Part shown: positions 17,489 through 24,090 of the stretch, in pieces
Layout: each line of letters starts with the position of its first letter
Position numbering within the stretch: the first letter of the stretch is position 1
Source: Campylobacterota bacterium
Lineage (GTDB): Bacteria; Campylobacterota; Campylobacteria; Campylobacterales; Arcobacteraceae
DNA: 24,090 nt
Direction: 5' to 3'
NCBI GenBank assembly: GCA_051746405.1
Contig: JBNJFB010000036.1
Span: 1-24,090 of the forward strand
The notes under the pieces: generated by a model
What the model was told of the DNA's origin: nothing
The model's input: the letters and a program-made list of their open reading frames with translations, nothing else
Database searches by the model: none
Program-made: the position numbers and the translations under genes

Positions 17489-18854
17489 AAATAGTTTTAG
17501 AGAATCTTCTTTTATGTTCTGGGATTTTATTTAAATATGCATCAAATGGCATACATATATTTCTAATAAGCATAGTTCCTGTTTGGGACACTTGAATCTT
17601 ATCATTTGTAATCTCTACAAGTTGTGCATCAACAAACTCTTGCAGTGCTTCAATCGCATCTGCAAAATAGTCATTAAAATCTATATTGAAATTCTGCTCA
17701 ACTCTTGTTATATTTAAAGAGAAGTTACTCATAAGCTCCATTATTACAAACTGTCTTAGTTGATCATCATCTGAAAGTTTATAGCCTTTGAAGGTAGGTA
17801 AGTCACCATTATCAATAGCCTCCTCATAAGATTTTAAATCTTTATAATTTTGGGCATAATAATCAACTCCATTTCCAATAGAAGTAAGTCCAATTCCTAT
17901 TAAATCAGCACCACCTTTTGTAGTATATCCTTGGAAGTTTCTATGAAGTTCACCTTTTTGTATAGCTTTAAATAGTTCATCTTCTGGTTTTGCAAAGTGA
18001 TCCATTCCAACCATTTTATAACCATTTGATGTAAAGAAATCAATTGTATCTTTTAAAATCTCAAGTTTTTCTTCTGGCTTAGGAAAGGTTGTCTCATCAA
18101 ACTTTCTCATTGTTTTCATAAGCCACGGAACATGGGCATAATTGAACACTGCAAATCTATCAACATCTAAAGTTATCATTTTCTCTAAAGTCTTTTTGAA
18201 ACTTTTTTTTGTCTGATGTGGCAATCCATAAATCAAGTCTGTATTTATAGATTTAATACCTGCATTTCTTGCTATTTTTATAACATTTTGTGTTAATTCA
18301 AATGGCTGTACTCTATGAATAGTCTTTTGAACCTGCTCATTTAAATCTTGAACTCCAAAACTAAGTCTATTTACTCCACCTTTTTTTAGTACATCCATAT
18401 GCTCTTGAGTAAAAAATCTTGGATCTACTTCGCATGAAATTTCAGCATCATCACTAAAATTTGGGAAAACCTCTTTTATAGATTCAATTACCCCATCTAA
18501 TTGCTGTGGTGAGAAAAATGTTGGAGTACCTCCACCAAAGTGCATTTGAGTAACAACTCTATTTGTATCTAAATACTGTTTTAATATTTGTAACTCTTTT
18601 TTTAAGTAGTCCAAATATCTAGATTTTTTATCCTCTTTAGATGTAAAAATTGTATTACAACCACAAAAATAACATGCACTTCTACAAAAAGGCATATGTA
18701 CATATAAAGATAGTGCTCTACTGCTATCTTGATTTTTATAAAAATTTATTAAATCTTCTTGTGTAAAATCTTGGGTAAACTCAGGTGCTGTTGGATATGA
18801 AGTATATCTAGGACCTGGTTTTGAATACTTTTTAAATTTACTAAAATCAATCAT
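17487..18854 (-). CDS. hemN: Oxygen-independent coproporphyrinogen III oxidase (radical SAM)
   Basis: GPRYTSYPTA, LYVHMPFCRSACYFCGC, HFGGGTP, RLSFGVQD, GMDHFA, LHRNFQGYTT, RFSKTI. Confidence 0.98.
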   Translation of the reverse strand: MIDFSKFKKYSKPGPRYTSYPTAPEFTQDFTQEDLINFYKNQDSSRALSLYVHMPFCRSACYFCGCNTIFTSKEDKKSRYLDYLKKELQILKQYLDTNRVVTQMHFGGGTPTFFSPQQLDGVIESIKEVFPNFSDDAEISCEVDPRFFTQEHMDVLKKGGVNRLSFGVQDLNEQVQKTIHRVQPFELTQNVIKIARNAGIKSINTDLIYGLPHQTKKSFKKTLEKMITLDVDRFAVFNYAHVPWLMKTMRKFDETTFPKPEEKLEILKDTIDFFTSNGYKMVGMDHFAKPEDELFKAIQKGELHRNFQGYTTKGGADLIGIGLTSIGNGVDYYAQNYKDLKSYEEAIDNGDLPTFKGYKLSDDDQLRQFVIMELMSNFSLNITRVEQNFNIDFNDYFADAIEALQEFVDAQLVEITNDKIQVSQTGTMLIRNICMPFDAYLNKIPEHKRRFSKTI

Positions 18855-19780
18855 TATGCATTTCTTTTTTTATCAAGCCAAACCATCACACCTTTTTGGG
18901 CATGAAGTCTATTCTCTGCTTCTTCAAATATTAAGCTTTGCTTACCTTCAAAAACTTCTTCACTAACTTCATATCCTCTATACGCAGGTAAACAGTGTAA
19001 GAAAATAGCATTTTTATTTGCTAAACTCATCATTGCCTCATTTACAATATACCCATCAAAATCTTTAACTCTTTTCTCTTTTTGTTCTTCTTGTCCCATT
19101 GATACCCAAGTATCAGTTGTAACAACTGTGGAGTTTCTTACTGCTTCTTTTGGATCATTTCCAATAATAATCTTAGCCCCTGACTCTTTTGCCATTTTTA
19201 AAGCTTTTTCTAAAATCTCTTGATCAACTTCATAGCCTTTTGGGGTAGCAACTCTAAGCTCAAAACCTAACTTTGCTGCCATATTTAACCATGAGTGAGC
19301 CATATTATTACCATCACCCACGTATGCAACAACTAAATCTTTATCTAGGTTAGCTTCTTGAATAGTCATATAATCAGCCATCAACTGAACAGGATGATAC
19401 TCATTTGTTAATCCATTTATTACAGGGACTTTAGAGTATTTCGCAAACTCTTCTAATTTACTTTGTTCAAAAGTTCTAATCATAACCATATCAACCATTC
19501 TAGAAATAACTCTAGATGTATCGCTCATAGGCTCACCTCTACCTAATTGAATATCATTAGCAGAAAGAAATAACCCCACACCACCTAGTTGGTAGATACC
19601 TGTTTCAAAAGATACTCTTGTTCTTGTTGAACTTTTCTCAAAAAGCATACCTAAAGTTTGTTTTGGCATATAGTCTTTAAAATCTTTATTTTTAGTTTCA
19701 GCTTTTATATTCTTAGCCAACTCAAGAATTTCTAGAATCTCTTCTTTACTATAATCGATTAATGTTAAGAAATGTCTCAT
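18854..19780 (-). CDS. argF: Ornithine carbamoyltransferase
   Basis: [49 protein letters not shown]. Stop overlaps the hemN ATG (TAATG). Confidence 0.98.
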   Translation of the reverse strand: MRHFLTLIDYSKEEILEILELAKNIKAETKNKDFKDYMPKQTLGMLFEKSSTRTRVSFETGIYQLGGVGLFLSANDIQLGRGEPMSDTSRVISRMVDMVMIRTFEQSKLEEFAKYSKVPVINGLTNEYHPVQLMADYMTIQEANLDKDLVVAYVGDGNNMAHSWLNMAAKLGFELRVATPKGYEVDQEILEKALKMAKESGAKIIIGNDPKEAVRNSTVVTTDTWVSMGQEEQKEKRVKDFDGYIVNEAMMSLANKNAIFLHCLPAYRGYEVSEEVFEGKQSLIFEEAENRLHAQKGVMVWLDKKRNA

Positions 19781-19940
19781 AATTAATTCCTCTGTAAATT
19801 TATAAAAAGGAACATTCTATTTAATTGTATATTATTTTTAACTTAAATTAAGACAGTGACACTTATATGTCTTTTTTGGTTATTACCTATTAAGAGTTTA
19901 TCTTTTAAAATTCTATCTATAATCAAATCAAGGATACCAA

Positions 19941-22001
19941 ATGATTAAACAGATATTTAAAAGAGATGGCTCTAAAAAAGCTTTTGAAAAATATAAAATT
20001 AAAGATGCAATAAAAAAAGCTTTTAAGAGTGTAAATGAAAAATATAATTCAAATATTCTTATTGCTGTACTTGATAAAATAGAGAAAGAGAACACATTTG
20101 CAGTAGAAGATATTCAAGATATTATAGAAAAACAGCTTTATAAAAATGGATACTTTAATGTAATGAAATCTTTTATGCTATATAGGCATTTGCATAAAAT
20201 GCAAAGAGAACATATTTTAGCTTTGAATGAGGATACTACTTATATAAATTCAACACAAACAATACAAGAGTATATAGACAAACAAGATTGGAGAATTAAA
20301 GCAAACTCAAATACAGGCTACTCCCATGCAGGGCTTATTAATAATACTGCAGGAAAAGTTATAGCAAACTATTGGCTTGATAAGGTCTATTCAAAGCAAG
20401 AGGGGTATGCCCATAGAAATGGTGATTTGCATATTCATGATTTGGATTGTTTAAGTGGTTATTGTGCAGGCTGGAGTTTAAGAGTACTTCTTGATGAAGG
20501 ATTTAATAAAGTTAGAGGTAGAGTTGAGAGTAAAGCTCCTAATCATTTTAAAGAAGCACTAGGACAAATGGCAAATTTTTTAGGTATCTTACAAAGTGAA
20601 TGGGCTGGAGCTCAAGCGTTTTCTTCTTTTGATACATATCTAGCACCTTATGTTTACAAAGATAAGTTATCATTTAATGAAGTAAAAAAAAGTATTAGAA
20701 GTTTTATTTATAATCTAAATGTTCCAGCACGTTGGGGACAAAGTCCTTTTACAAATATTACTATTGATTGGACTGTTCCAGATGATTTAAAAAACCAAAC
20801 TCCAACTAGAAATCAACAACATCTATTTAAAGGAGATAAACAGTTAGAAAAACTAACCTACAAAGATTTTCAAAAGCAGATGAATATGATTAATAAAGCT
20901 TTTTATGAGGTAATGACTCAAGGTGATAAAACAGGTCAACCTTTTACCTTCCCAATTCCTACAGTTAATATTACAGAAGATTTTGATTGGTTTGGAGAAA
21001 ATACAGATATACTTTTTGAAAATAGTGCAAAAATCGGTTCATCATATTTTCAAAACTTTATAGGAAGTCAATACCTAAAAGATGAAAATGGAAAGCTAAT
21101 ACCCAATAAAAATGCATACAAACCAGGTCATGTAAGAAGTATGTGTTGTAGATTGCAACTTGATTTAACACAGTTACTTAAAAGAGGAGGGGGACTTTTT
21201 GGTAGTGCTGAGATGACTGGAAGTATTGGTGTTGTAACTATTAGTATGGCTAGACTTGGTTATTTATATAAAAATAATATAAACAGACTTCTTTCAAAAC
21301 TTGAAGAGCTTATGGATATAGCAAAATCTACTTTAGAAAAAAAGAGGGTTTTTATTAAAAAATTATATGATAATGGTCTTTTCCCTTATACAAAAAGATA
21401 TTTAAAAGATTTTAATAACCACTTTTCAACAATTGGTGTTAACGGAATGAATGAAATGATAAGAAACTATTTTGATGATAGTATTGATATCTCTACAAAG
21501 GTTGGAAATGACTTTTGTGTAGATATTTTAGATTTTATGAGAGAGAAGATAACTAATTACCAAGAACAGACAGGAAATTTATATAATCTAGAAGCAACAC
21601 CAGCTGAGGGTACTACTTATAGATTTGCAAAAGAGGATAAGAAAAGATATGAAGATATAATACAAGCAGGTTTTGGTAAGAATATATACTACACAAACTC
21701 ATCTCAATTACCAGTTGATTTTACGGATGACCCTTTTGAAGCTTTAGACTTACAAGATGAATTACAATGCAAATATACAGGTGGTACGGTATTGCACTTA
21801 TATATGAGAGAAAGAGTTTCAAATATTGATGCTTGTAGAAACTTTATTAAAAAAGTCATTTCAAACTATAGATTACCATATGTCACACTAAGTCCTGTAT
21901 TTTCAATATGTCCTAAACATGGATATTTAAATAAAGAGTATGAATACTGCCCTAAATGCGATGAAGAAATAATTTTAAAGGAGTTAACAAATGAACAGTA
22001 G
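19941..22001 (+). CDS. nrdD: Class III (anaerobic) ribonucleoside-triphosphate reductase, large catalytic chain lacking the glycyl-radical tail
   Basis: N-terminal ATP-cone (IFKRDG...KI..AI.KAF), HIHDL, GYCAGWS, FTFPIPT, RSMCCRL, TIGVNGMNE, NLEATPAE, YYTNS, YTGGTV, terminal CPKHG...CPKC. No RxxGY motif before the stop. Confidence 0.95.
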   Translation: MIKQIFKRDGSKKAFEKYKIKDAIKKAFKSVNEKYNSNILIAVLDKIEKENTFAVEDIQDIIEKQLYKNGYFNVMKSFMLYRHLHKMQREHILALNEDTTYINSTQTIQEYIDKQDWRIKANSNTGYSHAGLINNTAGKVIANYWLDKVYSKQEGYAHRNGDLHIHDLDCLSGYCAGWSLRVLLDEGFNKVRGRVESKAPNHFKEALGQMANFLGILQSEWAGAQAFSSFDTYLAPYVYKDKLSFNEVKKSIRSFIYNLNVPARWGQSPFTNITIDWTVPDDLKNQTPTRNQQHLFKGDKQLEKLTYKDFQKQMNMINKAFYEVMTQGDKTGQPFTFPIPTVNITEDFDWFGENTDILFENSAKIGSSYFQNFIGSQYLKDENGKLIPNKNAYKPGHVRSMCCRLQLDLTQLLKRGGGLFGSAEMTGSIGVVTISMARLGYLYKNNINRLLSKLEELMDIAKSTLEKKRVFIKKLYDNGLFPYTKRYLKDFNNHFSTIGVNGMNEMIRNYFDDSIDISTKVGNDFCVDILDFMREKITNYQEQTGNLYNLEATPAEGTTYRFAKEDKKRYEDIIQAGFGKNIYYTNSSQLPVDFTDDPFEALDLQDELQCKYTGGTVLHLYMRERVSNIDACRNFIKKVISNYRLPYVTLSPVFSICPKHGYLNKEYEYCPKCDEEIILKELTNEQ
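21978..21983 (+). promoter_or_regulatory. Shine-Dalgarno of the glycyl-radical peptide gene, inside the nrdD 3' end
   Basis: AAGGAG, 7 nt before ATG 21991. Confidence 0.8.
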
Positions 22002-22158
22002 AAAAGAGATTTTAGAAAAAAATAGAGATAAAAGAGAGAAGTGTATAACTTATACACGGGTTATGGGTTATCATAGACCTATTGAAAGTTTCAATTTAGG
22101 CAAAAGGGGTGAACATGAACAAAGAGTTAAATTCACTGAATCAAAAAATAGTATATGA
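21991..22158 (+). CDS. Stand-alone NrdD glycyl-radical domain (55 aa); not in the ORF track
   Basis: MNSRKEILEKNRDKREKCITYTRVMGYHRPIESFNLGKRGEHEQRVKFTESKNSI matches the NrdD C-terminal pattern YxRxxGYxRP...N.GK..E...R. It has its own RBS, is in the +1 frame relative to nrdD, and overlaps nrdD by 11 nt. Confidence 0.9.
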   Translation: MNSRKEILEKNRDKREKCITYTRVMGYHRPIESFNLGKRGEHEQRVKFTESKNSI

Positions 22159-22813
22159 CTTTACTAGATTTACAACTATTGACTACACAGGGTATCTATC
22201 TTGTGTAGTTTGGTTAAATGGTTGTAACCTTAGATGTAAATACTGCTACAATAAAGAGTTAGTTTTTAATAAAGAAGCAAACTTTAGTTTAAATGATATT
22301 TTAATATTTTTAAAGAAAAGAGTAGGGCTTTTAGATGCAGTTGTTATCTCAGGTGGTGAAGCTTCCTTGCATAATATTATTAGTTTTTGTAAGAGAGTGA
22401 AACACTTAGGCTTTAAAATAAAACTTGATACAAACCTTACAAATATGAAGTTAATTCATAAGCTTCTTATACTGAACCTTATTGATTATATGGCTATTGA
22501 TTTTAAAGCCACAAAATCTAAATTTAATTTAGTGACAAAAAAGAATTACTATAATATCTTTATAGAAAATTTGAAGTTTTTAATATCTATAAATTTTGAT
22601 TTTGAGATAAGAACCACCCTGCACAAGGAGCTTTTAAATGAAAATGATATTAATAAAATGATTAAAACTCTTGAGTGTATAAATTATAAAGGTATTTATT
22701 ATTTACAAAGGTTTGTTGATACAGATAATAATATTGGAAATTTAAGGGATTGTAAACCTTTTGATAAAAGCTTAATAAAACCTAAGCATCTAAAAATAGA
22801 GTGGAGAGACTAA
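22109..22813 (+). CDS. nrdG: Anaerobic RNR activase (radical SAM, long NrdG type)
   Basis: TTIDY.G.LSCVVWLNGCNLRCKYCYN, AVVISGGE, KLDTN, DFKA, EIRTT; position after nrdD. Start is more likely ATG 22115 (AAGGGG at 22104-22109). Confidence 0.93.
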   Translation: MNMNKELNSLNQKIVYDFTRFTTIDYTGYLSCVVWLNGCNLRCKYCYNKELVFNKEANFSLNDILIFLKKRVGLLDAVVISGGEASLHNIISFCKRVKHLGFKIKLDTNLTNMKLIHKLLILNLIDYMAIDFKATKSKFNLVTKKNYYNIFIENLKFLISINFDFEIRTTLHKELLNENDINKMIKTLECINYKGIYYLQRFVDTDNNIGNLRDCKPFDKSLIKPKHLKIEWRD

Positions 22814-23473
22814 ATACCCTTGAGCTGATGAGTTTTGAACTAACTCTTTAGAAGTCTTTTTTCTCAATCTTTTAATAAAAGTTCTTAATCTCTCATCACT
22901 AACTTCTTCTTCACTCCAAAGATATTTTTTAATTTCACAGTTTTTAACAACACTATTTAAATTTCTAATTAATAGATAGAAAAACTCTTTTTCTCTTTTT
23001 GTTAACTTTATAAAAACACCATTTTTATATAAAGAGTTTGATTTAGTATCAAAAATATACTCTTGGCTTAATCTTATCTTTCTTTTTTTAGTAATTTCAT
23101 TTGCTATACTTCTAATATACTCAATAACCTCACCTGGGTCAAAAGGTTTAATAAAATATTTGTTAATACCTAAATCAATTGCTTTTAAAAGCTTCTGTTT
23201 ATCTGAATATGCACTAAGTACTATTATTAGAGTCTCTTTATTATATTTTTTGATATTTTGAGTCATACTTAAACCATCATTTTTTGGCATCATTATATCT
23301 GTAATAACAATATCAGGTTTAATTAATTTGTATTTTTCAAACCCTTCTATGCCATTACTAGCAATAGCAACAGATGCAAAATACTCTTTTAATGCATCTT
23401 GCAATAACTTAGCTATTGTACTCTCATCTTCAACAATTAATATCTTTAATGTTTTTAGTAATTTAAAATCCAT
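22790..23473 (-). CDS. OmpR-family two-component response regulator
   Basis: LIVEDE, ITDIMMP..DG, LSA, IKP. Winged helix LTKRE...LW...LRTFIKRLRKK...GY. Confidence 0.95.
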   Translation of the reverse strand: MDFKLLKTLKILIVEDESTIAKLLQDALKEYFASVAIASNGIEGFEKYKLIKPDIVITDIMMPKNDGLSMTQNIKKYNKETLIIVLSAYSDKQKLLKAIDLGINKYFIKPFDPGEVIEYIRSIANEITKKRKIRLSQEYIFDTKSNSLYKNGVFIKLTKREKEFFYLLIRNLNSVVKNCEIKKYLWSEEEVSDERLRTFIKRLRKKTSKELVQNSSAQGYLVSPLYF

Positions 23474-23475
23474 AA

Positions 23476-24090
23476 TTAATCCATAGGTATTAAAATAGTA
23501 AACTTTGAACCATCTTTATATTTACAATATTCAATTTGCCCATCTAAACTCTTTTCAATTATCATTTTAGACATAAAAAGTCCTAAACCTGTACCTTGAA
23601 TTTCATGTTTTGTTGTAAAATAGGGTTCAAAAATCTTATCTTGATAGTCTTCATTTATTCCACCAGCATTATCCATAATATCCAAAAAACTGTAATTTTT
23701 ACCTAAATAATTTTTTTTAGTAAGTAGTATTTTAATCTTTTTACTCTTAATATTATTTTGATTAAATGCATCTTTTGAGTTTTGTATTAGATTTATTATA
23801 GTTTGTGAAAGCTCATTTAAAATACCTAAAACCTCACATTTACAATCAGTTTTGATATCTATTTTTATTTCCTCTTTTTGAATAGTTTTTCTTAGTATAT
23901 TTAGTGCTTCATCAATGGCATCTTTTACTTCAAATCTTATTTTTTGCTTTTTTGGATTAAAAAAGTTCATAAAGTCTTCAATAGTATTTGACATACTATT
24001 AATTATATCTTTACTTTGAGTATAGAGCTCATTTACCTTTTTTTCATCATTTTTCAAAGAAGCAGCTTTCATATTAAACATCACTAAAGT
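23476..24090 (-). CDS. Sensor histidine kinase, C-terminal part (starts beyond the right edge)
   Basis: MSNTIEDF..FF, NLIQNSKDA (N box), DNAGGI (G1), IFEPYFTTK (F), GTGLGL (G2). The frame stays open to 24090, so the ORF-track start at 24084 is not the real start. Confidence 0.93.
   Translation of the reverse strand, partial: TLVMFNMKAASLKNDEKKVNELYTQSKDIINSMSNTIEDFMNFFNPKKQKIRFEVKDAIDEALNILRKTIQKEEIKIDIKTDCKCEVLGILNELSQTIINLIQNSKDAFNQNNIKSKKIKILLTKKNYLGKNYSFLDIMDNAGGINEDYQDKIFEPYFTTKHEIQGTGLGLFMSKMIIEKSLDGQIEYCKYKDGSKFTILIPMD

Noticed and set aside
16076..19780. argF-hemN-FeS oxidoreductase clustering as a novel pathway
   Set aside because: From memory this order is conserved in Campylobacterota (also in C. 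jejuni) and looks like ordinary mixed-function operon structure.
19859..19874. NrdR box (ACACTTATATGTCTTT)
   Set aside because: Poor fit to the palindromic NrdR consensus, single copy, and NrdR is generally reported absent in this lineage.
19913..19931. FNR site upstream of nrdD (ATCAA twice)
   Set aside because: No TTGAT half-site at the required spacing.
21974..21994. In-frame slippery heptamer T TTA AAG near the end of nrdD, as a programmed frameshift joining NrdD to its glycyl-radical tail
   Set aside because: A -1 slip reads TTT AAA GGA GTT AAC AAA TGA and stops at 21992-21994. The tail is in the +1 frame, and the AAG is better explained as part of the AAGGAG RBS.
21866..22057. 63-aa minus-strand ORF
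   Set aside because: Antisense to the nrdD end and the real 55-aa gene; no motif or RBS.
19941..22158. nrdD as a frameshifted pseudogene
   Set aside because: The break falls at a domain boundary, the second part has an ideally spaced RBS and ATG, and both parts keep their key motifs. Not formally excluded without reads.
1..24090. CRISPR arrays, tRNA/rRNA genes, IS elements, riboswitches, phase-variable poly-G/C tracts
   Set aside because: All intergenic gaps are under about 165 nt with no spaced repeats or recognisable RNA folds, there is no transposase or integrase ORF, and the longest G runs I noticed are only 5-6 nt. A covariance-model scan would be needed to exclude small RNAs fully.

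Overview
AT-rich bacterial chromosomal segment whose gene content and order point to Campylobacterota, most likely Arcobacteraceae (inference). It is mostly housekeeping genes (argG, trpD, tsaE, lptB, kdsB, polA, lgt, hemN, argF) mixed with signalling genes: a partial MCP, a tandem c-di-GMP PDE/DGC pair, two OmpR-type regulators and a partial histidine kinase. I found three coding regions missing from the ORF track: the MCP N-terminus (1-717, minus), a 57-aa four-Cys protein (779-952) and a 55-aa glycyl-radical peptide (21991-22158). Two loci stand out. (1) A split class III ribonucleotide reductase: the large NrdD stops after its Zn site, and the RVMGY glycyl-radical domain is a separate small gene with its own strong Shine-Dalgarno. 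(2) A dimeric dUTPase with an ~85-aa N-terminal extension resembling an acidic XRE-type helix-turn-helix, preceded by the small four-Cys gene with an identical promoter-like 12-mer. I saw no RNA genes, CRISPR arrays or mobile elements. All family assignments come from motif recognition by eye, not database searches.
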